A stretch of DNA of 64,000 nucleotides, from assembly GCA_965204535.1 (NCBI GenBank), contig CBDBEV010000001.1, positions 64,001 to 128,000 of the forward strand. The letters run 5' to 3'. Source of the DNA: a bacterium (lineage in GTDB: Bacteria > UBA8248). Both the position numbers and the translations under genes were made by a program. Of this stretch, positions 9,012 to 18,954 are shown piece by piece; the first letter of the stretch is position 1; each line of letters begins with the position of its first letter. The notes under the pieces were generated by a model. The model was given only the letters and a program-made list of their open reading frames with translations, made no database searches and was not told the origin of the DNA.

Positions 9012-10295
9012 TCAATAATCCTTGCCCACCATGTTGTTGATGTCTTTCGCCCACTCGTTGGCGTAGTAGTCGCTGTCGATCAGGGTGAAGGCCTCGCGGG
9101 TGTTGACGCGCTTGCCGTTGTAGAATTCGACGACTTCCGAGCCGATGACCCGCTCCACCGCCGGGGCGTCGATGCGCTCCCCCTGCATGCCCTTGGAGAT
9201 GACGGCGTCGGCTTCGGGCACATGAAAGACGAGCGGGAACTCGCCCGAGCCCGGCCGGCCCACCTCGTAGATGATCGGAACGGCGCGCACGCCCATCTGC
9301 TCAAGCGCCTGGACGGTGAGCCAGTAGTCCACCGTGGAGTTGCCGCCGCCCTCGAAGGCGAGGACCGCGCCGTCGGCCTTGAGGAGGTTGGCGAGCTTGG
9401 CGACGTATTGCGCCGAGCGTTCCTTGAGCGCCTGGTTGTCATGGTGGCCGCGCGTGATGATCACCCCTGCGAAATTGAGATCCGCCCCGTGGCGGCGGTA
9501 GAGCTCGTAGATGAGCGGCATATTGCAGTGCAGGTAGGTCGGCGCCTTCTGCTGCGTCTTGTAGTTCGCCCCCACCACCGCGCCGTCGAGCATCTCGTTG
9601 GGGTGAATGAGCGTGGGGAGCGAATCCCCCAGGTTCCTGCCGTACATGAACGTCTGCACCATGGACGCCTGATGCATGACCTGATCGACGAAGACGACGC
9701 GGGGAAGTTCGGGGTCTACATCGCTGATCTCGAAGGTTTCCACGCGAACGGGTTCCATATCCTTCGTTCGCTCCGCCAGCCGGGACGCGATTTTAAGCGT
9801 CGCCAGTCGAACGGCGTCGTCGTGCGCTTCGTTCGATGCGCTCTCCAAAGGCTCGTAGCAGGCGACGATGTTCGCGGTCTCTGAATTCGTGCAGTGGGTC
9901 GCACCCGGGCCGGACATGTCGATGATCCCTTCCCGGAAAGTCATGATGCCCGTCATGGGACCCAGGAAATACGTGGAGCTGATGACGCACATCCCGGCGA
10001 GCTTGTGGGTGCGGCCCTCTCCTGCTGTCTTCGCCGGGCCGAGAAATCCCGGAAATGCGCATGAGCGCCCGTTTACCTTGTAGATAGGCTCGACCGCATC
10101 GAGGACATTGGTGATGCGGGCAGAATCGCCCGGCACCGCGGCGTGAAAGCTCACGTCCTTGAGACCGCCGTCTTCGAGCGCCAGTTCACGGAGTTCATCG
10201 GCATCCACGGTGAGCGTTTCGTCTTTGTACGCGAATCGCTTACCGATGATGATTCTGGAAACGGGAAATATACCCACTTCGAGTCGCATGGACAT
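9012..10295 (-). CDS. grdE: Glycine/sarcosine/betaine reductase component B partner subunit (GrdE/GrdG/GrdI family)
   Basis: MRLEVG, VLDAVEP, GEGRTHKL, EGIIDMSGPGA and HPNEMLDGA motifs; lies between grdA and grdB. Confidence 0.85.
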   Translation of the reverse strand: MSMRLEVGIFPVSRIIIGKRFAYKDETLTVDADELRELALEDGGLKDVSFHAAVPGDSARITNVLDAVEPIYKVNGRSCAFPGFLGPAKTAGEGRTHKLAGMCVISSTYFLGPMTGIMTFREGIIDMSGPGATHCTNSETANIVACYEPLESASNEAHDDAVRLATLKIASRLAERTKDMEPVRVETFEISDVDPELPRVVFVDQVMHQASMVQTFMYGRNLGDSLPTLIHPNEMLDGAVVGANYKTQQKAPTYLHCNMPLIYELYRRHGADLNFAGVIITRGHHDNQALKERSAQYVAKLANLLKADGAVLAFEGGGNSTVDYWLTVQALEQMGVRAVPIIYEVGRPGSGEFPLVFHVPEADAVISKGMQGERIDAPAVERVIGSEVVEFYNGKRVNTREAFTLIDSDYYANEWAKDINNMVGKDY

Positions 10296-10304
10296 CGTTG
10301 TCCC

Positions 10305-10757
10305 CTACCCTGCCGCGCGCATATCGGCGAGATCGCTTTCTATCTGCTCCAAATCGAGCACCATTTCCATCATGAGCAGCTTATCGGCATAAACGTCTTC
10401 GGGAACATGGGATCGCACAGTTTCTTCCAGGATGTGAAAAACGGAGAGTCCCAACGGGACTCCCGCCAGGGGCCCGGCCCAGCTCGGGTCCCCGGTGGTC
10501 AGCGTTTCGACGGCGAGCCGAAGGCCTTCACCGGGCATTCCCAACACCACCATCAGATTATCCGAGCCGATATCATCCGCTATCGACTTGATGGCGGCCT
10601 GGTTCTCCAGGTCCATGGCGCCCGCGGAGGTTCAGACGAAACATTCCGTCTTCTGGAATACGACCTCCGCCCCCGCCGCCTCGAGGCACTCGGCGATCAG
10701 CGGGCCGGGAACGCCGTCGCGCTCGCCCAGCGCGATCACCTTCTTGCCCTTGAACAT
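10305..10757 (-). CDS. grdA: Glycine/sarcosine/betaine reductase selenoprotein A, 150 aa, Sec at UGA 10632-10634
   Basis: Manual translation [25 protein letters not shown]...[17 protein letters not shown] (CxxU motif), in frame with track ORF 10305-10616 ([12 protein letters not shown]). Confidence 0.95.
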
Positions 10758-10792
10758 GGATTTCCTCCACTTTCTTACAAAAAACGAATGAA

Positions 10793-12211
10793 TCACGCTT
10801 CTATCAGCACCGAAGCCCCGTCGGCCTGACGGGACATCCGGCCCAGAAACAAGCTTCCTTTGGCGAGGACCATTGTACTCGCAAGGCGGCCCGCCCGCAT
10901 CCTCTCGAGAGCGTGTCCGAGAAAGGGAACCCCAGCGGGAATGTGGCCCTGCGTGGGCGCGAAACCGGGCATCCCGTGTGTTTCGATGAAGTCCGGTATC
11001 TCCTCGCAGGCGATCTCCCCGCTCATGACCGCCATGGCGGCCAGCATCCTGTAGTTCGCAGCCGCCACGTCTCCCGCCCCTGCCGGCAGCATGATTTCGG
11101 GATTATGCAGTTCGACGGCGTACTTATCGACGCTCGCAATCTTGCGCCCGGCCCGCGCCAGCGGGTCCCGCACCAGCGCTTCGGCCAATCCTTGCGGGGT
11201 GGAGGGCCTGCCCGCCGCGTGGCGTCCGGCGATTTCCAGATTGATTCGGGGGCTATCCTCCGAATTGTTGGTGAGAAGAAACGCTACTCCGCCCAACACG
11301 TCTTCCAGGACGGGCACCCCCTTTTCCAGATGGAAATACGCTTTCATCCCGAGCTTCGCCATCGATCCGCCTCCGACGACGACGGCGTTCTCGACGACGC
11401 GCGCTTCTATCAGCGCCGCCGCGTGTATGAGCGCATAGACCGGCGCCGCGCAGAAGGACTTCACGTCGACGCCGGCGGCATTCACACAGCCCGCCATCTC
11501 GGCAATCGTCTTTGCGAGATTGCCGCCGCCGCGGTTGTAGCGATCCCCGACCGCCTCTTCCGAACAACTGATGACGTATTCTACCTGCTCGGGAGCGATG
11601 CTCTCCTGTACGAGAAGCCGGCTGAGCGCGTACGCGCCGCTGGCCTTGGCCGAGAGGTTTTCGAGAAGAATGCGGGCGTCCAGGGACTCGTCCGAATCAT
11701 GATCGCGGCGCGCGCACCCGATGAGTTCTCCATCCTGAAAAAGCGGCAGGGCCTCTCCTCCCTCGATGCGCCCTGAAACCTCTGCTTGCCTGTATTCCCT
11801 GGGAGGTTTTTCTCTTTCGAGAAGGGCGGCAGCGGATTCCGAACCTGCGGCGTCTGAAACCAAGCGCTCCTTATCGAGCATGACCAACCCGAACTGATCC
11901 GCAGCTTCGAGTAAGGAATAGATAACATCCTGCGGGAGGATTTCCCCGAATGCTCCCTCAGGCGAAGCGCCTGCGAGGGGATTCTCATACCACGGAGCCG
12001 GGATTTCCCCTAAATTCTCCGGCGGCAGGTTGCCGATGAAAGCCTGGTTCGGCGGGTAGCCGACTGCTTCGTCAAAAGTGCGCAGGCTGGCGAATACGTC
12101 GCCCAGAGCCTGATCGTTCTCTAAAGCCTCGCGCCAGGGCTTCGAGCCGTAGCGAACCAGATCGGGAGCGTGAACGAGAACGTTCGCCGCCGCGCGCAGA
12201 TACGCCGTCAT
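10793..12211 (-). CDS. grdC: Glycine reductase component C beta subunit (FabH-like fold)
   Basis: [45 protein letters not shown] and KGSLFLGRM motifs. Confidence 0.92.
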   Translation of the reverse strand: MTAYLRAAANVLVHAPDLVRYGSKPWREALENDQALGDVFASLRTFDEAVGYPPNQAFIGNLPPENLGEIPAPWYENPLAGASPEGAFGEILPQDVIYSLLEAADQFGLVMLDKERLVSDAAGSESAAALLEREKPPREYRQAEVSGRIEGGEALPLFQDGELIGCARRDHDSDESLDARILLENLSAKASGAYALSRLLVQESIAPEQVEYVISCSEEAVGDRYNRGGGNLAKTIAEMAGCVNAAGVDVKSFCAAPVYALIHAAALIEARVVENAVVVGGGSMAKLGMKAYFHLEKGVPVLEDVLGGVAFLLTNNSEDSPRINLEIAGRHAAGRPSTPQGLAEALVRDPLARAGRKIASVDKYAVELHNPEIMLPAGAGDVAAANYRMLAAMAVMSGEIACEEIPDFIETHGMPGFAPTQGHIPAGVPFLGHALERMRAGRLASTMVLAKGSLFLGRMSRQADGASVLIEA

Positions 12212-12265
12212 ACCGTCCGCCCGAAAAGGAGGAAGGGAAGTTTACGGGCGGTCGCCGTCACCGCC

Positions 12266-13051
12266 CTATCCCGCGGTGTAGCCGCCGTCGGCATAGAGAA
12301 TGTGGCCGGTGTAGAAATCGGACGCGCTCGATGCGAGGAACAGGAGCGGCCCGGCCAGATCCTCAGGTTCGCCCAGCCGCCCTTTCGGGACCCGGCTCAC
12401 GATGTTCTCGCGGGTCTTCACCGCCTTGGGCGCGTCGGTGAACATCCAGTCCGTGAGTACCGAGCGGAAAACGGTCGGCCCGACCGCGTTGACGGTGATC
12501 CCCGTCGGCCCCAGTTCGCAGGCGAGCGCCTTCGTGATGCCGTCGACCGCCGCCTTCGAGGCGCAATAGGCGGTATAGCCCGCCGGGTGGCCGAGAATCC
12601 CGCGCGTGGAGGAGACGAGGACGATCTTGCCGCCGTCTCCCTGCGCCTTCATCCGCCGCGTCGCGGCGCGGGCCAGAAGCCAGGACTGCGTGACGTTCGC
12701 GTCCATGACGTCGGCGAACGCATCGGGCGCCATCTCCTCGATCATCCCTACCCTGTTGATGCCCGACGCGACGACCAAGATGTCCAGGCGGCCATAGGCC
12801 TCGACGGCCTTCTCCACCATGGCGTCGGCGATGGCCTCGGTTTCGGGGCGCGCGTTCACCGTGGCGACAGCGGCTCCGAAGTCCCGGCACTCGCCCGCGA
12901 CGGCCTCGAGCGCCTCCGCGTTGCCGGCGGTCAGCGTGAGGCGGCAGCCGGCCCCGGCCAGGGTTCTTGCTGCGACCGCCCCGAACGCGCCCGAAGCACC
13001 CGTGATGAGCGCGGATTTTCCGCTTACGTCAAAAAGTTCCGAGGGTTTCAT
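12266..13051 (-). CDS. SDR family oxidoreductase, probable first gene of the grd operon
   Basis: TGASGAFG and YCASK motifs; 54 nt upstream of grdC on the same strand. Confidence 0.9.
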   Translation of the reverse strand: MKPSELFDVSGKSALITGASGAFGAVAARTLAGAGCRLTLTAGNAEALEAVAGECRDFGAAVATVNARPETEAIADAMVEKAVEAYGRLDILVVASGINRVGMIEEMAPDAFADVMDANVTQSWLLARAATRRMKAQGDGGKIVLVSSTRGILGHPAGYTAYCASKAAVDGITKALACELGPTGITVNAVGPTVFRSVLTDWMFTDAPKAVKTRENIVSRVPKGRLGEPEDLAGPLLFLASSASDFYTGHILYADGGYTAG

Positions 13052-13119
13052 GGCTTATCGTCCGGATGGGGGACCGCAACCGCCGTCCCGCAGGCGTGAG
13101 AGAAGATTCCGTATGCCCC

Positions 13120-13149
13120 ATGCTAGGTATCGAGGGGGTGTAGTGTCAA
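13120..13149 (-). promoter_or_regulatory. Sigma70-type promoter for the SDR-grd operon
   Basis: TTGACA-18 nt-TAGCAT on the minus strand. Confidence 0.55.
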
Positions 13150-13205
13150 GAATAGGGGGCTTATCCATTCCATGAGTCAGACACGACCTATTCGGAGCAA
13201 GCCGC

Positions 13206-13670
13206 CGTCATTCCGGCGCAGGCCGGAATCCAGATCGGACGAAATTGAACGAAAGGCGTGAATGTGGAGATCCCGCAAGGGTGTCAGGGTTTCCTATACC
13301 CCGAATTCTCTCATCGGTACTGGATTCCGGCATTCGCCGGAATGACGAGCAAGAGCACACCTATCATACGGGAAAATCCCGACCGTAGCCCCGTGCCTGT
13401 CCTGACGAGGGCGGGCACAGGGGCCCGCCCCTACGTCATTTCGGTTTGTGGAGGTTTTGGGCAGGGACAGGTCGCGACCTGTCCCTACGGGTGGCTTATC
13501 AATTCTTCCAAGTGAGAAACGCAATTGGAGGGGCGGTTCGCGAACTGTGGGGCAACTCCGAGGAGGGGTTTGCCCCTACGAGCGAGCGGCTACGCCGGAC
13601 TCGCTTTCCGCCCGCCCCTACGGCAATGTGGTGAATTCACCCCCATCCGGCGCAGGCGCCGGAATGACCC
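13206..13670. repeat. Mixed REP cluster (CGTC-type inverted pair plus several GTAG-type palindromes)
   Basis: CGTCATTCCGGCGCAGGCCGGAATCCAG (13206) inverted with CTGGATTCCGGCATTCGCCGGAATGACG (13320); AGGGACAGGTCGCGACCTGTCCCTAC; several CCCCTAC ends. Confidence 0.8.
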
Positions 13671-13707
13671 GATTCCGTGGCGAACGCTATTGCCCGCAGA
13701 ACCCCCG

Positions 13708-15009
13708 TCAGACGACCTCGACCCAGGTCTTCATGCCCGACGCCTGGTGGGCCAGGGTATGGCAGTGGATAAGCCACTTGCCGGGGTTGTCGAACACGCA
13801 GAGGACGTCCCGCCGCCGGCGCGGGTCGACCAGCGTAGTGTCGCGGTAATGGCCGGGCGCGCCGTTCTTGTCGAGTTCATAAAAGTGGTGGCCGTGGATG
13901 TGGATGCCGTGCGGGAAGGCGGTGTCGTTTTTCATCGTGATCAGCGCCGTTTCGCCTCGCTCGAAGCGCTGCCAGGGCACATAGGGCAAGCCGGAATAGT
14001 CGTTGAAGGCCCAGAAATCCTTGCCCCCGTGCCGCCCGCCCATCGCGCCGCCCTGCATGGCGAGCGTCAGCCGCTTCGCCTTTTTCCGATCGGGCGCTGA
14101 AACGGTATTCGGCGGCAAGGCCGCGATAGGAGTGTCGATGGGCGCCGGGTTCGCGCCTTCCGCCGCTATTTTGCCGAGTTCATAAGGTTCGCGCCGGGTC
14201 AGGAGGGAAAAGGTGACGGACCCCGCCACGTCGAGGATGACGTCGGTCCGCTGAGCGGGGGCGAGAACGAGTTCGCCGAGCGGCTCGGGCGCCGCCAGAG
14301 GCATGCCGTCATGCGCCACGACCTTGCCCGCGCCGCCTGAGATCCGCACCGGGAAAATCCGGGCCGTCGCCGTGTTGATCAGCCGCAGGCGAACCCGGTC
14401 GCCGCGTCTTACCACTTCGCGTGAGGCCAGCGCGCGGGCGAAGTTGCCGAGCCGCCCGTCATGGGAGAAGTCGTGCCGGTTGCCGAAGTTTGCGTGCAAC
14501 TCGCCGCTGCGCGTGAGGCGCCAGTCGTCGAGAACCACCGTGATGTCGTGGTCGACGCGCGGGGGGTCGCGCTCCTCGATTATCAGGGGGCCGTAGAGTC
14601 CCTTCGCCACCTGCTCCCAGGAGCGCTCGTGTGAGTGGTACCAGTAGGTGCCGGGGTGGGATGCGTCGAAAACGTAGTCAAACGCGCCGCCCGGCTTGAC
14701 CGCCGCCTGTGTGAGGCCCGGCACCCCGTCCATCGCGTTGTCGATATGGATGCCGTGCCAGTGGATGGCGGAAGCGCTGTCGATCCCGTTCTCGAAGGCG
14801 ACGGCTACCCGGCCGCCCTGACGGGCGCGGATTTCGGGACCCGGCGTCGACCCGTTGAACCCGAGCATCCGCGTCACCCCTTGCCCATCCGGCAGGAGAC
14901 GGGCGGTGACCGGCTCGGCCCTGAGACGGAAACCTGCGGGCGCCGTCCATACGCTCGTGGGGGCCAGCGCCGTCGCCGCCAACGCTACAAGAAATTCCCT
15001 GCGTTTCAT
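13708..15009 (-). CDS. Tat-exported multicopper oxidase
   Basis: MKRREFL twin-arginine signal; IHWHG, WYHSH, HGIHIHGH and HCHTLAHQASGM copper motifs. Confidence 0.93.
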   Translation of the reverse strand: MKRREFLVALAATALAPTSVWTAPAGFRLRAEPVTARLLPDGQGVTRMLGFNGSTPGPEIRARQGGRVAVAFENGIDSASAIHWHGIHIDNAMDGVPGLTQAAVKPGGAFDYVFDASHPGTYWYHSHERSWEQVAKGLYGPLIIEERDPPRVDHDITVVLDDWRLTRSGELHANFGNRHDFSHDGRLGNFARALASREVVRRGDRVRLRLINTATARIFPVRISGGAGKVVAHDGMPLAAPEPLGELVLAPAQRTDVILDVAGSVTFSLLTRREPYELGKIAAEGANPAPIDTPIAALPPNTVSAPDRKKAKRLTLAMQGGAMGGRHGGKDFWAFNDYSGLPYVPWQRFERGETALITMKNDTAFPHGIHIHGHHFYELDKNGAPGHYRDTTLVDPRRRRDVLCVFDNPGKWLIHCHTLAHQASGMKTWVEVV

Positions 15010-15198
15010 GTTCGATCTCCTTGGTACGAGTTTCCAGCGGCGAGACGATAATATCCCCCACGCCGCGCGGCGGCAAGATTGTGAATCCCGTCCGGAGAAT
15101 GAGGCTTTGTTTCGGCCCATGCGGCAAACGTCACCGCCTCTCCAGCGCACGCCGGAACGACGGGCAAGAACAAACCTGGTTACAGAGGAAATCAAGAT

Positions 15199-15228
15199 TG
15201 TAGGGACAGGTCGCGACCTGTCCCTGCG
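15199..15228. repeat. GTAG-type REP palindrome
   Basis: GTAGGGACAGGTCGCGACCTGTCCCTGC, an inverted copy of 13461-13488. Confidence 0.75.
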
Positions 15229-15261
15229 GGTAACCGATTACGCGGGCCTCGCTTCCTCCAC

Positions 15262-16638
15262 CTACCCCGCCAGCATGGCGGTGAGACGGGTAAGGTCCTC
15301 CGCCTCGTCGAGCCGCCACCAGGCGTCCCAGGCGGCTTCGGCCTTTCCTTCGGGAAGGTCGGCGGCGCATTCGAGGAATTTTTCCTTGAGTTCGAACTCG
15401 CTCAGGGGATTTTCGACGTGGCCGCGCGCGCGGGCGAAAAAGCGAGAAAGTTCGCGGCCGTCGTTGAGCTTTATCCAGACTTCGGCCGCCTCGGTCTCGG
15501 GGTCCTCGCGCGCCATCTTCTCATCGAGCTCGAAGGCCACGCGCTTCTGCAGGGCGGCGATTTCGGGCCGCGCGACGCTGTCTTCCTCGAACTGGCGGAT
15601 GCCCACCTTGCGGTCCACCAGGGCGGAGGCCAGACAGAACGGCATGGAGAATTTTCCCTCGAGACCCGTGGTCGCCTCCTTGTAGCGCAAGACTTTCAGC
15701 GTCATGGTCGAGGCGCGCGCGCCCAGGGCCGCCACGTCGGCGACCGCGATGTCCTCGGTAGTCACCAGGTCGAGCATGGCGTCGATTCCCGGATGCGTCA
15801 TGGCGCAGCAGGGGTGAATCTTCACGCAGACGCCCTCTTCGATGTCCCAGGGCTGCCCCCAGGGGGCGACCGCGCCCTCCCAGTCCGCGAACTCATGCGC
15901 CTTGGGCCCGATTTCCTCCGCCGCCATGGCCGCCGTGAAGCCCGTCTCCAGCGTATCCTCCGTCGCCGTGAAGCCGTCCTCGGCGAGTTTCGCCGCCACG
16001 AGACCCGCCCGCGCGGACTGGCCCGCGTGGAAGGGCTTGGTCATCGTGCCGAAGTTCGACACCAGCCCCGCCGAGCCGCTCGCCCCCAAGCTCAGGGCGT
16101 TCCACGTCTGCTCCTCGTCCAGACCCAAAATATAGGCGCAGGCGCCCGCCACGCCGACGGATCCCAGCGTGGCCGTGGCGTGAAAGCCCCGGCGGTAATG
16201 GCGGGGGTTCACCGCGCGGCCCAGGACGTGCAAAAGTTCGAAACCGACCGTGTAGGCTTCGAGAACCCGCGCGCCGCCGATTTCCCGCTCTTCGGCCAGC
16301 GCGATGAGGGCGGGCACCAGGGTGACGCTCGGGTGGCCCAGCATCACGAAATCCACGTCGTCGTAATCGAGCGCATGGCCCGCCGTGCCGTTCACAAAGG
16401 CGGCCCAGGAGGCGCTCGTGCGCCCCGTCGTGCCGATAAGCCGCGCGAGGGGCGCGCCGCCCTCGGCGACCGCCAGCCGATGCGCCAGCCGCGCGCAATC
16501 ATCGTCCCGGCCCGCCAGAATCACGCCCAGCGTGTCGAGGACGGCGTTCCGCGCCCCCGCGCGGGCCGCAGCGCCGACGTCGGGGGGAAGGACCGCGGCG
16601 ATTCTTTTCGCCAGCTCTCTTGTGGCCGGGTATGTCAT
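15262..16638 (-). CDS. MmgE/PrpD family protein
   Basis: GHALDYDD, GHPS, TKPFHAG, KIHPCC and KFSMPF motifs. Confidence 0.9.
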   Translation of the reverse strand: MTYPATRELAKRIAAVLPPDVGAAARAGARNAVLDTLGVILAGRDDDCARLAHRLAVAEGGAPLARLIGTTGRTSASWAAFVNGTAGHALDYDDVDFVMLGHPSVTLVPALIALAEEREIGGARVLEAYTVGFELLHVLGRAVNPRHYRRGFHATATLGSVGVAGACAYILGLDEEQTWNALSLGASGSAGLVSNFGTMTKPFHAGQSARAGLVAAKLAEDGFTATEDTLETGFTAAMAAEEIGPKAHEFADWEGAVAPWGQPWDIEEGVCVKIHPCCAMTHPGIDAMLDLVTTEDIAVADVAALGARASTMTLKVLRYKEATTGLEGKFSMPFCLASALVDRKVGIRQFEEDSVARPEIAALQKRVAFELDEKMAREDPETEAAEVWIKLNDGRELSRFFARARGHVENPLSEFELKEKFLECAADLPEGKAEAAWDAWWRLDEAEDLTRLTAMLAG

Positions 16639-16724
16639 GGAGGAATCTCCTTGCATGGGGATGAATCAGGAGAGCAACAAATATGCGGGGCGGCCCCCCG
16701 GAGAGGGCCGCCCCCGATTTTACG

Positions 16725-18368
16725 TCAAATGCCGCGCGGACGCTCGGCGGGCGCTTTCGCCTTGCGCCCCTTGCCCTTGGATTTGCGCATATCTTCGGTG
16801 AGCTTGAACTTGTTCACCGCGTTCACGAAGGCCTTCGCACCCGCCTCGACCGTATCGGGGCTCGTGGCGTGGCCCGCTATCTGCAGATCGCCGTCGAACT
16901 CCACCATCATGTTCACCTCGGCGAGGGCGTCGCGCCCCCGGGTGACGGCGTTCACCGAAAAATCCGCCAGGCGGCATTCGATGCCCACCACCCGGCAGAT
17001 GGCGTTGATGGCCGCGTCCACGGGGCCGTTGCCCTGGCTCACGTCGGAGAACTCCGCCTCGCCCTGGCGGATCCGCACCGTGGCCGTGGAGGCCGGCTGC
17101 GTGCCCGTGGAGGACGTGACCTGAAGGAACTCGAGGTTGTAGTAGTTCTCCCCGCCCTCGGCGCGGTTTTGCTGCAAGAGCGCTATCAAGTCCTCGTCGT
17201 AGACCTCTTTTTTCTTGTCGGCCAGGTCGATGAAGCGCGGGTAGATGGCCGTGATGTCCTCGCGCGACATCTTGAAGCCGAGCTGCTCGTAGCGCTTCCT
17301 CAAGCCCGCGCGCCCCGAGTGCTTGCCGAGCACGAGCGTGTTCGAGGGCCTGCCCACGGACTTGGGCGTCATGATCTCATACGTGATGGCCTTCGAAATC
17401 ACCCCGTGCTGGTGGATGCCCGCCTCGTGCGCGAAGGCGTTCTTGCCCACCACCGCCTTGTTGGGCTGTACGGGCACGCCCGTCATGGAGGTGAGGAGCC
17501 TGCTCGTGGGGTAGATCTCGCGCGTCTTGATTCCCGATTTGTAGTTGAGCTCGTCGCGCCGCGTGGCGATGGCCATCACGAGCTCCTCGAGCGAGGCGTT
17601 GCCCGCCCGCTCGCCGATGCCGTTGATGGTGCACTCCACCTGCCGCACGCCCGATTCGACCGCCACGATGCTGTTCGCCACCGCGAGGCCCAGGTCGTCG
17701 TGGCAGTGCGCGCTGAAGACCACCTCGTCATAGCTCGGCACCTTTTCGAAGATGTGCTCCCAGAAGCGCTTGAACTCGCTGGGGATGATGTATCCCACCG
17801 TGTCGGGGAGGTTGATGGTCGTCGCTCCCTCCCCGATGGCGATCTTCACCGTCTCGGCCAGGAAATCCCAGTCCGAGCGCGTCGCGTCCTCCGCACTCCA
17901 CTCCACGTCCTTGCAGAGTTTTCGCGCGTGGCGCACCGAGGCGGCGATCTCCTTCAGGAGTTCCGCGCGCGTCATCTTGAGCTTGTGCTTCAAGTGAATG
18001 TCCGACGTGGCGATGAAGGTGTGGATTCTGGGCTTTTTCGCGTGGCGCACCGCCTCCCAGCAGCGGTCGATGTCCTCGCGCGCCGAGCGCGAAAGACCGG
18101 CGACGCTTGTCTTCGTCACCGCCTTGGCCACGTCGCGCACCGATTCGAACTCGTCGTTCGACGCGATGGGAAAACCGGCTTCGATGATGTCCACGCCCAG
18201 TTTTTCGAGCTGAAGCGCCATCTGCACCTTCTGGAAATGATCCATGCTGCAGCCGGGCGACTGCTCTCCGTCCCTGAGCGTGGTGTCGAAAATGCGTATT
18301 CTGTTCGAGGCCCTGCCCCTGGATGGTTTCTTTGGTACTGCCGTGGCTCCTCTCGCCATGGGTTCCAT
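16725..18368 (-). CDS. leuA: 2-isopropylmalate synthase
   Basis: IFDTTLRDGEQSPG, HCHDDLG, GIGERAGN and AHEAGIHQ motifs, plus a C-terminal GNGPVDA regulatory domain. Confidence 0.95.
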   Translation of the reverse strand: MEPMARGATAVPKKPSRGRASNRIRIFDTTLRDGEQSPGCSMDHFQKVQMALQLEKLGVDIIEAGFPIASNDEFESVRDVAKAVTKTSVAGLSRSAREDIDRCWEAVRHAKKPRIHTFIATSDIHLKHKLKMTRAELLKEIAASVRHARKLCKDVEWSAEDATRSDWDFLAETVKIAIGEGATTINLPDTVGYIIPSEFKRFWEHIFEKVPSYDEVVFSAHCHDDLGLAVANSIVAVESGVRQVECTINGIGERAGNASLEELVMAIATRRDELNYKSGIKTREIYPTSRLLTSMTGVPVQPNKAVVGKNAFAHEAGIHQHGVISKAITYEIMTPKSVGRPSNTLVLGKHSGRAGLRKRYEQLGFKMSREDITAIYPRFIDLADKKKEVYDEDLIALLQQNRAEGGENYYNLEFLQVTSSTGTQPASTATVRIRQGEAEFSDVSQGNGPVDAAINAICRVVGIECRLADFSVNAVTRGRDALAEVNMMVEFDGDLQIAGHATSPDTVEAGAKAFVNAVNKFKLTEDMRKSKGKGRKAKAPAERPRGI

Positions 18369-18736
18369 GCTCCTTAGGAATTTCTACGTTTTCGTGAAAG
18401 TGCGCCTTGGCGGAACGCCGGGTTTTCGTGTGTGATGGGGCGCTTGCGCGCAAGACGGGTGAACGCGCTGGGTTCCTAAGAAGCCAGTGGATGGCGGGGC
18501 GTCTTGAACACGCCCCAGGACCTCCTGCGATCCTGATGCTTCATCGAATCAATGCTCCATATCGATCCATCAGACGCGAGGTTGCGTGGCTCAACGGGCG
18601 GAGATCACGCAATTCCCCGCAAAAGCAACACCGATCTTATGGGTCAAGCGCGCGCCGAGGTCAAGTCCCTTCTTTCGTTTTTTTCGATTTTTCGGCTTCG
18701 ACGCCCAGAACGCCAAGGCTGAATCACACATGAATC

Positions 18737-18954
18737 GGGGTTGTTGAACAAGCCCCGTCTGCGGCCCCCGCAAACCGCCAACGCCTCTTTCCTCACCCTG
18801 AGTAGCCGCCGAAGGCGGCGTATCGAAGGGCGCGGGGGGTTGAACGCCTCGCGCCGGGCGAGAGCAAACGCTCATTCATCAATCACGTTTGACCTTCGGT
18901 ACGCGGCTCCGCCGCTACTCAGGATGAGGCGGATAGGACTTTTTCAACAACCCC
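18737..18954. mobile_element. MITE-like unit with TGTTGAA-type terminal inverted repeats
   Basis: GGGGTTGTTGAACAAGCCC ... GGACTTTTTCAACAACCCC enclosing CCTCACCCTGAGTAGC ... GCTACTCAGGATGAGG; right end overlaps the SDR stop codon. Confidence 0.65.

Noticed and set aside
8890-9014. UGA readthrough at the grdE stop
   Set aside because: GrdE is already full length, no hairpin sits at +11, and the downstream frame enters the foreign AT-rich segment.
6158-10634. grdB and grdA as nonsense-mutated pseudogenes
   Set aside because: Both UGAs fall exactly at the known Sec positions and the frames continue intact.
13206-13670. Repeat clusters as CRISPR arrays
   Set aside because: The repeats are inverted, heterogeneous and irregularly spaced, and no cas genes are present.
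18476-18544. 22-aa uORF MKHQDRRRSWGVFKTPRHPLAS upstream of leuA as a leucine attenuator
   Set aside because: It has one Leu codon and I see no terminator/antiterminator; a regulatory role is not excluded but is unsupported.
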